Shown: one piece after another, positions 20,956-31,425 of the stretch
Layout of the letters: every line of letters starts with the position of its first letter
How positions within the stretch are numbered: position 1 is the first letter of the stretch
NCBI GenBank assembly: GCA_937625935.1
Contig: OW569348.1
Location: 372,001-436,000, forward strand
Origin: Tetramitus jugosus
Lineage: Eukaryota; Protista; Heterolobosea
Length of the DNA stretch: 64,000 bases
Direction: 5' to 3'
Program-made: the position numbers and the translations under genes
The notes under the pieces: generated by a model
Seen by the model: the letters and a program-made list of their open reading frames with translations, nothing else
Database searches by the model: none
Told to the model about the DNA's origin: nothing

Positions 20956-23937
20956 TTACTCCAATTGGGATGATGCTTGTGGCTCATAAACACGATAAAT
21001 TACGTCAATGTTGGTTTCTGTCTTCTGCTTGCTTCCCACCCAGACTGATACAAGATTGGCATAGTGTTGCTGAACTTGTTCGTCTTCAAATTTGTAACCC
21101 TGTTGGAACATGTGGCTGATTCGAGCCACGATCTCTAGAGTTGGCTGCCTGTCTTTTTGATTCTCCAGATCCTTTAAAATGGTTGGTAAGTGATGCCTGT
21201 GTTCTGGATACTCCTCACAGATTGCCACTAATTTGTTGTACACTCCTTGTAGTACCTCTCCAGTGACTTTGGCAGGTGTTTTACGCAACGCAAAGAAAAT
21301 GTCCAATGCTAACTGAGCACGAACAGATGTGAAATGATGTGGTAGACGTCGCAGCATCTCTCCATCCTTGTTCTTTCTGTGGTAAATCGTCACTGCTTCT
21401 TTGGTGAGTCGATCACCTGAGGCAGTTCTTGCGTCAGGTGTAAATATCGTTCGTCTCTTGAATAAGAACGAGTATCCATCATAATCAAAGTTGAATGGGT
21501 CTCTCTTGAAAAGAAGTGATGCCAGAGTCCAAAGTCCATCGAAGTCTGCCATGACATATAAAATTCGCAGTGCGAGAGCAGCAAGGGTACTGCTAGGAGC
21601 TGAATAGTAATTGGTGAATAGATTGATAATTCCAGCAGAGTCGTTTTCTTTTTGCAGACCACTCAACACTTTCTTCACAATCAAAATGGGTGGTGACTCT
21701 GGTTTCATCTTTGCTAGTATTGGGATGGAAGAAGATGAATAGCCCATGGATGAAAGCACACGAATACAGTAGTAGCAGGTCTGAAGAGACAACTTGTGTG
21801 AAGGGAATAGGCGCTCATGTATCGTCAACAAATATATCATGACATCTGGCGACTTGTACTGATAGCAAGACAATAATAAATATTCCAGATGAGAAGGCTG
21901 GGCTATTATCTTGTTGTCTGCCATTTGTTTGATCAGATCATAACATCCCATATTTGGATTCACTTTGAATCGCAGGTACGCACGGAACAAGTACTTGTAA
22001 TATCGGAATGTTATCTTTTCAGGACCCAATAGTGACATTTCTTCTTCAAATAGTGCTGTAGCATGGCGTATACTGTAGTATGTTGAAACATAGAATACTT
22101 CAAACCGAGTAGACTCTGTGATTGGCAATCCCTGAAGACTCATGATATGCAATATTTCATTCACTCGCTTCAGATCCTTTGCTGACGCAAGTGCTCTAAT
22201 ACTGGTATTGAATTGTTCAATCTTCCTCTCAACACTTAATTGATCTTCGCTCTTGAGTTGCTCAGGTGGTATATTCTTAAATTTGCTCAACAGGTCTTTC
22301 AGGGTATTTCTATTCAAATCGGCTTTATCCAGCGATTGAATCAATGTTTGTGTCAATGCTAATGTTAGTTCCATATTAGGATACATTTTGTACACAATCA
22401 ACAGCCATTGAACACACTTTTCGACATCGCCCTCCTTTAGTTGCTTGTAAATTGCGGGAATGGTTTGTGGTCGAGGAGTATAACCGTACTTGCGCATCGA
22501 ATATAATAAAGCAATGGATTTGGAGTACTCGCCTTCACTAACCAATACATTTAACATGGTTGAAGCTACCTCCTCAGATGGAACAATATTGTTATTAATC
22601 ATTTGTCTGAACAACATCTCAGCTTGAGCAATATTGAGCTTGGCACAACATGCTTCAATTACAACTCGATATAGGTAGTCACTCTGCATCTGAGTGTTGT
22701 ACTTGTGCAGAGTATTAATAAATTCGATGGCACTCTCAATCTTTCCCAATCGCGTATAGGACGACACGAGCACATAGTAAGTGTTTGGCCACCACAAGTG
22801 TGCCTGCGAGGAATCAGATAGCAGTTCAATCACCGATTCAAATCGAAATAGTTTAAACAACACACCAGCAAACACTGCCAATGAATCAACATCTACGTCA
22901 TGCGGGAAGAATCGTTTCCTATTTTGTTCAAACACTTGTTTGGCTCGGTCCACATCTCCCACTTGTCCATATGCAAAAATCATGGCATCATGATCCAATT
23001 TCGTTGGTTCCTCAATGCTATCAAAGTACGCCTTTGCGGACTCAATTCCACTCTTTTGTGCCAAACAAACAGTTTTTGAATCGTATAATTGAGATTTGAG
23101 AGAAGCAAATGGATCAGGAGAGTGTCTCCTGTTGCTTGAATGTTCGGTTCGATTGCTGGTTGCCAATGTCAATGTCGATGATGACGATAATCTCGACTTG
23201 TGTGGATCAGAAGCTGCCATGACCCACGGAGCACTCAAAATGTCACTTCCTTCACCATGTTGAAGATTCATTCCATTGCGCACAACTGCCATTTTTTCAA
23301 TCTCATCCAAAAATTCACTTTCATCTTCATCCGTCTTGTGCTTCTTGATACTCTGTTCATTGTACTCTTCATGCTCTTCGAACCAACTATCAAACATGTC
23401 AAAATCTTCACCTGTTCCATCATCAATCATTGGAATCGCATCCTTCTTCTTCTTTTTTGTTTTATTGTTGTTATTTTTATTGTTATTGTTGAGTTTGCTA
23501 TTGTATGGTTTGTTGCTTTGTTGTGGTTGATATTTTGTTTTAATGTCATTGCTATTGTTTTTGTTCATATTGTTATTCTTATGATTATTCTTGTCATTGT
23601 TGTTGTTCCTTGAGTGATTGATGGTCATCGTGTTTGGATCAACTAATCCTGTTTTCTTATTATTCACATTCTTTTTCGTATGATTATTCAACGTTATGTG
23701 CTTGACATCCTCATCAACAATATCAGCTGCAGAATCATCATTCTCTATTCTAATAATGTTCCTTTTCTTTTTCTTGATTTTTGTTGAATCATCATTCGCA
23801 GTAGTTGGTTGCAGAATAGAGAAGGAAGAATGATAGGATCGAGTGGTAGCTATGTGGTATTGAGGATGACGATAATGAGTATGATGATGACTCAGACACC
23901 ATTGAACAATGTTTCTCGAACCCACTTGCAATTGCAT
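20956..23937 (-). CDS. Pentatricopeptide-repeat (PPR) protein, probably mitochondrial
   Basis: 35-aa-like repeats (HDAMIFAYGQVGDVDRAKQVF, TYYVLVSSYTRLGKIESA, LYRVVIEACCAKLNIAQAEMLFRQMINNNIVPS). Presequence-like N-terminus (TRSYHSSFSIL). ATG at 23937. Confidence 0.85.
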   Translation of the reverse strand: MQLQVGSRNIVQWCLSHHHTHYRHPQYHIATTRSYHSSFSILQPTTANDDSTKIKKKKRNIIRIENDDSAADIVDEDVKHITLNNHTKKNVNNKKTGLVDPNTMTINHSRNNNNDKNNHKNNNMNKNNSNDIKTKYQPQQSNKPYNSKLNNNNKNNNNKTKKKKKDAIPMIDDGTGEDFDMFDSWFEEHEEYNEQSIKKHKTDEDESEFLDEIEKMAVVRNGMNLQHGEGSDILSAPWVMAASDPHKSRLSSSSTLTLATSNRTEHSSNRRHSPDPFASLKSQLYDSKTVCLAQKSGIESAKAYFDSIEEPTKLDHDAMIFAYGQVGDVDRAKQVFEQNRKRFFPHDVDVDSLAVFAGVLFKLFRFESVIELLSDSSQAHLWWPNTYYVLVSSYTRLGKIESAIEFINTLHKYNTQMQSDYLYRVVIEACCAKLNIAQAEMLFRQMINNNIVPSEEVASTMLNVLVSEGEYSKSIALLYSMRKYGYTPRPQTIPAIYKQLKEGDVEKCVQWLLIVYKMYPNMELTLALTQTLIQSLDKADLNRNTLKDLLSKFKNIPPEQLKSEDQLSVERKIEQFNTSIRALASAKDLKRVNEILHIMSLQGLPITESTRFEVFYVSTYYSIRHATALFEEEMSLLGPEKITFRYYKYLFRAYLRFKVNPNMGCYDLIKQMADNKIIAQPSHLEYLLLSCYQYKSPDVMIYLLTIHERLFPSHKLSLQTCYYCIRVLSSMGYSSSSIPILAKMKPESPPILIVKKVLSGLQKENDSAGIINLFTNYYSAPSSTLAALALRILYVMADFDGLWTLASLLFKRDPFNFDYDGYSFLFKRRTIFTPDARTASGDRLTKEAVTIYHRKNKDGEMLRRLPHHFTSVRAQLALDIFFALRKTPAKVTGEVLQGVYNKLVAICEEYPEHRHHLPTILKDLENQKDRQPTLEIVARISHMFQQGYKFEDEQVQQHYANLVSVWVGSKQKTETNIDVIYRVYEPQASSQLE

Positions 23938-24082
23938 TTTCACACAAAAAAATGTTGTTTGTGCAATTTTCTCCCCAACAACGAGAGATTGAAAAAACCA
24001 AAGTGGTTGTCATTGAAGGCTCAATCTCACACTCTCACCACCAAGAAAAAAAAAAATTATCCACCACGAACAACAAACAACC

Positions 24083-25432
24083 ATGTGGAATCAAAGGAAT
24101 CGATTTCTCAACAAAGCTCTCTCATTGCAACTGTGCAATCAGTCAACCACAACTATACGAACATTCCAATCATCATGCAATAGTAACTCTCTACGATTAC
24201 AACAACAACAACCATTTTTGCAATCTTCTTGTGCAGTGAGACACTATGCCACCGCAACACCAGCAGCATCCTCTAAACCTTCTCAACCTTCTAAACCTTC
24301 CAAAATTAAAAAGGTTGATTTTTCATCGAATAGCTCTTCTGATGACTCGGATTCATCATCAGGCGAAGAACGATCATCACGCTTCTCCACTACGAAAATC
24401 ATTGTGATTGGTTCGATTGTTCTCGTAGCATTCGTCGCACTATCAGAGGTTAATTATTATATGATGCCAGAGGCGAGTCTAGGTAACATTTGGAGAAAAC
24501 TTGTTTATGGTGATCCATTTAGGAATTATGTGAGTATGATTCGTGGTAGAGTACTGTACATGACACTGCCTACAAAGTATCACATTGCAGAGACTCCGGC
24601 AGAGATGGCTGGTGTGACTCATTCATCAGTAAATGGTGGTGGTGTTGATGGTGATAGTCATGTTGATGATGTTGATGATGAGAGAGTTGTGTTCATTTCG
24701 GTCGAAAGAGGATTTCACTTGGTTGTGCCAAAGCACTTTGTACCACTGGGGTTGGAAGTCAAGGAACAGAACTCTAACATTAGAGGATATGGTTCCGTGA
24801 GTGCACGAGATATTATTGGTAATGGATTGAGTGTGGAGTGGCAGCGTGCGGCACCATTGTTTGACAAGACTCAATTGTCTGTCTATACACCAAAGAAGGA
24901 AGCACTGGAGCACATTGCTCACTACTTCTTGGATCAGTTGAATGGTGTCATGGACAGTGTTCATGTCCAAAGAATTGAATACTTGCCATCTTCTGCAAGA
25001 GTTGCCAAAGAGAATGAAGAAGCAACTTCACCACAACCATTGGATTCTGTTCCCTATTTCAAGGAAAAGAAGCGTCACCATGATGACTTGTTGATTGTGG
25101 TGACCAATTCCAAGAAGGGATCCATGTCTGGATGGCAAGGTCATTTATTCTCCATGGAATATCCCTATGTCTACCGAATGACTCTCGATATGTCTGCCAA
25201 TGTATTACAGTTTGGACAAAACCACAAGATGGACAAGGATGGAAAGTCTATTGCGACGAGGGAAGAGCTGGACAAAGTTGCTTCATCATTCACCAAAGTG
25301 AAGAAACTTCACCCAATTATCAAGGAAAACTTTGAGTATGCTCCTTCGGATCCGACACAAATCAGCAAGCAACTTCGTAACGAATTACTGGCTGCTCACT
25401 TCAACAGCTTCCACACAATACCATCCAAATAA
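24083..25432 (+). CDS. Hypothetical mitochondrial single-pass membrane protein
   Basis: Arg/Ser/Gln-rich presequence ending VRHYAT, one TM (IIVIGSIVLVAFVAL), then about 320 aa of soluble domain with no recognised family. Confidence 0.7.
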   Translation: MWNQRNRFLNKALSLQLCNQSTTTIRTFQSSCNSNSLRLQQQQPFLQSSCAVRHYATATPAASSKPSQPSKPSKIKKVDFSSNSSSDDSDSSSGEERSSRFSTTKIIVIGSIVLVAFVALSEVNYYMMPEASLGNIWRKLVYGDPFRNYVSMIRGRVLYMTLPTKYHIAETPAEMAGVTHSSVNGGGVDGDSHVDDVDDERVVFISVERGFHLVVPKHFVPLGLEVKEQNSNIRGYGSVSARDIIGNGLSVEWQRAAPLFDKTQLSVYTPKKEALEHIAHYFLDQLNGVMDSVHVQRIEYLPSSARVAKENEEATSPQPLDSVPYFKEKKRHHDDLLIVVTNSKKGSMSGWQGHLFSMEYPYVYRMTLDMSANVLQFGQNHKMDKDGKSIATREELDKVASSFTKVKKLHPIIKENFEYAPSDPTQISKQLRNELLAAHFNSFHTIPSK

Positions 25433-25582
25433 GCATCAAACACATAAAATGATAGGGGTAATGGTTCCAGAGCGAGTTTTTTCTGGAAGTCAAAATAAAA
25501 AGCAGCGTCGACTTCAACAAAAACACACACGGTATTCATCGAGGAATCAAAAAAAACTGGTGAAAGCTTTTGGTGTTCATTC

Positions 25583-28500
25583 ATGTTCAACAATCATCCC
25601 ATCAACAACAACAATAACAACAACAATAATGCTGCCCCCAACAGCAGCAACCACACAACTGCCTACGAGGATGAATCTCACTTGCTCAACTCTGATCTCG
25701 TTCGAACTGTTCATCAGAGTGAAATTGAACGAGAAGTGATTCAACAAGTGGAAGAACAGGAGAGAGAAGCACGTGAACAACAAATCACAACGTTGAATCA
25801 ATTGAAACAACAAGAGTCCATTCTCAGACAACAGATTGTTGCCATGGAAAATGCAGAGATCTTATCGGGACGTAACAAGCCATCTGCAGAGCACAGAAAG
25901 AAGCGAAATCGGTTGAATGAGTTGCAAGATCGAATCAAAGACTTGGAAATTAGTGTTGATTTGAGTGGTTCTGTCTCATTGACAACACCAACAACAAGCG
26001 ACATGACCATCGGTCAAGCGAGTGGTAGTAGTAATCGTAGCAGTGGTATTGGTGATGCAAGTCGTACTGGTAGGGGAGGAAACGCATTACAGCAACATGT
26101 TTTACAGCAACAACTCAGCTCGGAGGAACAATTGGTGAAGAGAGGTATGATGACTCCATTCGACATGCAAAACATTAGAAGCAGGATTACACAGGCAACA
26201 CAAAGCATTCCCGAGAAGAGATCAGTAGTTTTGTTGGATGAAAGCGCAGAGCCTAATGCTGGTACGAGTATTATGCACATGGATCAACATCGAAGCAGTT
26301 CGAGCCAAAAGGAACTCTTGAAACAAATGCAGATGCTGCGGAAGAAGCAGAGTCGTGTACAAGAAAAGTCGAAAAAGCAAAAGACTCGAACGAGAGAAAT
26401 GACCATTGATGTGAGCAAGGCACAATCCAAGCGAAGAAAAACTGAGTCATCGCCTTCTTCTTCTTCTTCGGCAACAACACCGATGAGTGATGAATACAAT
26501 GATAATGGAGACCAAGAGTACACACCAGTTTCAGCATCTTCGCGAATAACAAGGGGTAGAGCTGCTGCAACAGCCAAGAGTAACTATTCTGAATCAGACG
26601 ATTCAGGCGACAAAGAAGAAAAAACAGGAGATGATGACTATACTTATGATGAAGAGGACGAAGATAACGACATGTATGCAAATGTTGATGATGATGACGA
26701 CGATGATGACGAGTATGATGATGAAGATGATGATGTTGAATCACCCAATTCAAAAAAACGAGGCAAAAAGCGAGTTGGAAAGAAGAGAGGTGAACCAATT
26801 GATGATACCGATGATTATGTGTATCTGAACAGAGTTAAAGTGTTCGATATGCTCAACTTGGGCAAGAATATTTATGTTGAGGGATTGTCCGTACCAGAAC
26901 TAATCTGGAATCGATTGTACGACTATCAGAAAACTTGTTTGAAGTGGTTATGGCAACTTCATCAGCAGGGTGCTGGAGGAATATTGGGTGATGAGATGGG
27001 CTTGGGTAAAACTGTACAGATATGCTCCTATTTGGCAGCATTGGACCACTCGGGTCAATTCAAGCCAACATTGATCGTTTGTCCTGCGACTGTGATGAAA
27101 CAATGGGTTCGCGAGTTTCACACATGGTGGCCTCGATTCCGCGTCGGTATTTTCCATTCGTCCTCTACACAGTCAAAGGAGCGAGTATTGAAAAAGATTC
27201 ATGGCAATCCTCATGGTATTCTCATTACGACATACGAGTCCATCCGTATCAATCAATCAGACTTGGTTGATTTGGAATGGGGTAGCGTTGTATTGGATGA
27301 AGGTCATCGAATACGTAATCCCGATTCGGAGATCACGTTGGCCTGTAAGCGTTTTGAAACACCTCATCGAATCATTTTGAGTGGAACTCCCATTCAAAAT
27401 AACTTGAAAGAGTTATGGAGTTTGTTTGATTTTGTTTTTCCTGGTAAGTTAGGTACTCTACCAGTGTTCCAAACACAATTCGGTATTCCTATATCTATTG
27501 GTGGCTACTCGAACGCATCTAGTTTCCAGGTACAGACTGCCTATAAGTGTGCTGTCGTACTTCGTGAGTTAATATCTCCCTTTTTGTTGAGACGTATGAA
27601 AAGAGATGTTCAAACTCAACTTCCACACAAGGATGAACAAGTATTATTCTGTAAGCTAACTGAGGAGCAAGTGATACACTATTACAACTATGTGAGATCT
27701 CAAGAGGTTAAGAAGGCGTTATCAGGACAACGACTTCTCTTCGGATCAATCCAGTACCTCCGTCAATTGTGCAATCATCTCGATCTTGTTGAAAAAGAAC
27801 CAAGTGATGATGATTATGGAGTTGCGAGCCGAAGTGGTAAAATGAAAGTAATCGAACAATTGCTTCCGTTGTGGAAACAACAAGGTCATAGAGCTTTAAT
27901 TTTTTCACAAAGCAGACGGATGCTCGATATTTTGGAAAAGTATGTCAAGAGTCAAAATTATACGTACTTTAGAATGGACGGTACTACGTCTGTTCAAGCT
28001 CGTATGCCAATGATTGACCAATTTAACGAGGATAGTAACGTGTTCCTGTTTCTGTTGACAACCAAGGTGGGAGGTATTGGTATCAATCTCATTGGAGCAA
28101 ACAGAATTATCCTGTATGACCCGGATTGGAATCCCTCAACTGATCTTCAAGCTCTAGAAAGAGCATGGAGAGTGGGACAAACAAGACAAGTGACTGTGTA
28201 TCGGTTAATGACAAGTGGTACGATCGAAGAGAAAATGTATCACAGACAAATTTTCAAACAATTTTTAACAAACAAGATTTTGAAAGATCCCAGACAGAGG
28301 CGATTCTTCAAATCGAACGAACTCTATGAATTGTTTCGCATGGGAGCTGAATATGATCCAATTATTAAGAAGTTGATTGGTTTGACGCCTGTTGATCCAA
28401 GTGAGAGTGAACGTCAAGCTGAAGATAAGCGAAAGAATCGATCGACGGAAACAGGTCGACTATTCGGAAGTTTTGGAAGTGAAATATTCACTACAAAGAT

Positions 28501-29377
28501 TAAAAAGAAGGACAAAGTGAATAGTACAGATGACGTGGCTACGACTCCTCAATCAGAGCAGCCAGGTAGTAGCAACACTGACTTGGTAGTAGTAAAAGAT
28601 GAACCACAACCTACGGATGATAGTGATGCACAAACAACCTCCAGCGCAACTGCTAATGAACCATTATATCGTGTTGAGAAATATCGAGCACCAAAAATGG
28701 AAGAAGAGGAAAAGGACGATAGACAATCAGAGACTTCTATCTTAGAAAAACTATTGCAGAGCGATAGTGTCAGCAGTGCTTTCAATCATGATGCTATCTT
28801 AAATAGTGCAGTTCCGGAGCATGCACTTGTAGAAAGAGAAGCTAGAATGATTGCAGCCCATGCTGCAGAGGAACTGAAGAAGAGTATGATGTCCGTCCAG
28901 TCTAGCAATAGTATCAATGTACCGACGTGGACAGGCAGGAGTGGATCTGCAGGAATGAGTGCACCCAAGCGATTTGGAACCAGTAATCGATTGCCGGTCA
29001 TTGCCTCGCAACCAAGCAGTAGTATTGCGTCCAGCAGTTCTGCTTCGAGTAGTGGGCTCGGGTCGTCGGTTGTACCAACATCTTCCTCTGCTCTATTGAA
29101 CCGTATCAGGAACAAGACAGCTGGAGATACAACATTAGATATTGGTGCCAAGAAGTCTGTGGAGAAGAAGGCAAACGAACGTGAACAGATGATGAGCGAT
29201 ATTGTGAAATTCTTGACAATGAACGGGAATGTAGTGGAGACAGGTGATATCACGAACCACTTTGGAGATCGTATTAAGGGCGAGAAGGTTATCTTGTTCA
29301 GAGAAATGTTGAAGACAGTGGCCACATTCAGCAAAGAAAGGAAGAATTGGACATTGAAGAATGAATTCAGGCAATAA
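25583..29377 (+). CDS. ERCC6: DNA excision repair protein ERCC6/CSB/Rad26 (SNF2 ATPase)
   Basis: GMMTPF, LYDYQKTCLKWLWQLHQQGAGGILGDEMGLGKT, LDEGHRIRNPD, QALERAWRVGQ, HRQIFKQFLTNKILKDPRQRRFF, VPTWTG, and a C-terminal winged-helix-like end. Confidence 0.95.
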   Translation: MFNNHPINNNNNNNNNAAPNSSNHTTAYEDESHLLNSDLVRTVHQSEIEREVIQQVEEQEREAREQQITTLNQLKQQESILRQQIVAMENAEILSGRNKPSAEHRKKRNRLNELQDRIKDLEISVDLSGSVSLTTPTTSDMTIGQASGSSNRSSGIGDASRTGRGGNALQQHVLQQQLSSEEQLVKRGMMTPFDMQNIRSRITQATQSIPEKRSVVLLDESAEPNAGTSIMHMDQHRSSSSQKELLKQMQMLRKKQSRVQEKSKKQKTRTREMTIDVSKAQSKRRKTESSPSSSSSATTPMSDEYNDNGDQEYTPVSASSRITRGRAAATAKSNYSESDDSGDKEEKTGDDDYTYDEEDEDNDMYANVDDDDDDDDEYDDEDDDVESPNSKKRGKKRVGKKRGEPIDDTDDYVYLNRVKVFDMLNLGKNIYVEGLSVPELIWNRLYDYQKTCLKWLWQLHQQGAGGILGDEMGLGKTVQICSYLAALDHSGQFKPTLIVCPATVMKQWVREFHTWWPRFRVGIFHSSSTQSKERVLKKIHGNPHGILITTYESIRINQSDLVDLEWGSVVLDEGHRIRNPDSEITLACKRFETPHRIILSGTPIQNNLKELWSLFDFVFPGKLGTLPVFQTQFGIPISIGGYSNASSFQVQTAYKCAVVLRELISPFLLRRMKRDVQTQLPHKDEQVLFCKLTEEQVIHYYNYVRSQEVKKALSGQRLLFGSIQYLRQLCNHLDLVEKEPSDDDYGVASRSGKMKVIEQLLPLWKQQGHRALIFSQSRRMLDILEKYVKSQNYTYFRMDGTTSVQARMPMIDQFNEDSNVFLFLLTTKVGGIGINLIGANRIILYDPDWNPSTDLQALERAWRVGQTRQVTVYRLMTSGTIEEKMYHRQIFKQFLTNKILKDPRQRRFFKSNELYELFRMGAEYDPIIKKLIGLTPVDPSESERQAEDKRKNRSTETGRLFGSFGSEIFTTKIKKKDKVNSTDDVATTPQSEQPGSSNTDLVVVKDEPQPTDDSDAQTTSSATANEPLYRVEKYRAPKMEEEEKDDRQSETSILEKLLQSDSVSSAFNHDAILNSAVPEHALVEREARMIAAHAAEELKKSMMSVQSSNSINVPTWTGRSGSAGMSAPKRFGTSNRLPVIASQPSSSIASSSSASSSGLGSSVVPTSSSALLNRIRNKTAGDTTLDIGAKKSVEKKANEREQMMSDIVKFLTMNGNVVETGDITNHFGDRIKGEKVILFREMLKTVATFSKERKNWTLKNEFRQ

Positions 29378-29410
29378 ATGTTGTGACAAATAATTTATAA
29401 TTGAAAAAAT

Positions 29411-31112
29411 TCAAATGTACCGATGCGATTGATGTTTGTGAATGTAACTTTGCAACCAAACACTCGTCAGACCACTTAGAGCAATTCCGATTGAATCAGC
29501 CACCGAAGCAACTCCAAGACTGAATTCTTTGTACTTTGGATCTACGTCGCATGAGATCCGATAGAAGGCCTAGAACATGGAAGGTGAGTAAGATTGGTCG
29601 AGAAGATAGACAATCACATAAAAGTGTAATCACATACATTCACGTAAGTAGAACCACCGAGTAAGCCCTCCCAAAATATAATAGCAAAGACAAACCAAAT
29701 TGCAGGAAGGATTCTGTAATGAGCATCTAAGAACAAGATGACAAAATTGATGACTTGCAACAAGGCAGGAACCCAGATTCTCTTGATTGGAAATACGCCT
29801 GTTTTTGTAAAGGTTGTTAAGGATTAGAAATCAACTGACTCCACATAACTGGCTCAACACACTATTAGTAAAGATACATACTCACTGAAGATCTACTAAT
29901 GAACACACCGATTTGGTACATGTTCGAATAATAGACATAGTTACTCTCTGTAATCAATCCTGTCTTGAATTTTAAGTTTGGTGCAACACTCTGATTGATC
30001 AAATATTCAGAGTAGTACACAAAGAATAGAGGAATCATGTACTTGAGCAGTGGCTACGAGACGTGAAACAAATTGGTCATTAACACATACTAAAAGTTCA
30101 ATAAAAACAGTCAACAACAACAACATACAACCAAATGCCACATTTTTTGTCCACAAGTCACAGGAGCATAATCATCCATCACCTTTGCTTCAGTCAACGA
30201 CTGAATATCATCCTCTGATCCTTCTTCCACACGTTCAGCAGTAGGTGTCATCACATTCATGGAAGGAGGAGAGATGGTTGTTTCTGTTTCCATTTCCAAT
30301 TGACCACCTCCATTTGATACCGTTGATGAATTGGGAGAGCTTGCACTTAACAACACTGCTTCCTCATCTTCATCTTCAACTCTAGTGGCAGAATGATTGT
30401 TTTTCCTATTGTTCTTGTTGTTCACATCTCTCACCAATCGTAGCGTTCCTTCTTCCAGAGCACTACTGTCTCTCTTTGCTCTTCTGTTGTTGTCTCTCTT
30501 GTTGCTCACACTTGTTCTATCATCTCTAGAGTCCTTGATGGCAGATAAGGGTGGCAAGCTACAGAATCCATTCTTTGCGTGTTCACCTGTCAATATCACA
30601 AACACGCTCAAAAAGATGAGCAGAGGCAGCGGAGTAACGAGCAACAGTGTTTGGAATGGTGTCAATCCAATCCACGAATGCAGCAGCAAGTAACTGAAAG
30701 CTCCAACAATACCAGCACCTCCCGTTCCACTGCTCCATGCTGATATCGTACTCGTTTCATAAAAGCTACTCATTGCCAAGAAGGTAACCTCTCCTATACC
30801 AGAGCTAATAGAGCCAAAGCACACACCAAGCATCTTGACCCAGACGACATCGAACCAAGCCACAATCTGAAAGCTAACACATGCGAACAAGACTACAACC
30901 AGCACTCTCACATTGTACGGGATGTAGTGAACGAAAAAAGGCGCCAAAATTTTCATGAGAAGAGCGGGAACAATGTTGCACAGGAGAACGACACCAGTGA
31001 AACCATGAACGAGATCTTCAGCTGCAGTCAGCATGAGAACATAGCAAAAGTTGTTCATGAGACCAATGATGAAGAAGGCTACATTGTTGCGCAGCGATGG
31101 TGACAAGAACAT
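29411..31112 (-). CDS. CLN3: CLN3/battenin (Btn1); exons 31112-30129, 30053-29882, 29798-29638, 29569-29411
   Basis: [41 protein letters not shown]. Spliced exons give [40 protein letters not shown] and KEFSLG. All three donors are GTATGT. Confidence 0.93.
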
Positions 31113-31337
31113 TGTACTCTTTTCGTTTCTGATTGAACAACCGAATATCTCCGATAAATGTGTTTTTTAAAAAAAAATCGTTTAATGAATACAAAAACAT
31201 GCACTTGGTACCTCTTTGACCTCTTTGACTTCGACGTTGCAGTTCTGTCCATGTATGGAAGGAATTACGCGTGTGCGCGTTCCTAAAAAGGGAATTTTTA
31301 ATTTGTGTGTCTGGAATTTAGGTTGAAAGGACATGAA

Positions 31338-31410
31338 CCTCTGATAGCTCAGATGGTAGAGCATGAGACTGTAGATCTTGTGGTCGCGTGTTCGAGTCAC
31401 GCTCGGAGGA
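31338..31410 (+). tRNA. trnY: tRNA-Tyr (GTA), intronless
   Basis: CCTCTGA TA GCTC AGATGGTA GAGC A TGAGA CT GTA GA TCTTG TGGTC GCGTG TTCGAGT CACGC TCGGAGG A folds into a cloverleaf with C1-G72 and A73 Tyr identity elements. Confidence 0.93.
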
Positions 31411-31412
31411 TA

Positions 31413-31417
31413 TTTTT
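31413..31417 (+). terminator. Pol III oligo-T terminator
   Basis: TTTTT two nt after the tRNA discriminator base. Confidence 0.65.
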
Positions 31418-31425
31418 GTGCAGTG

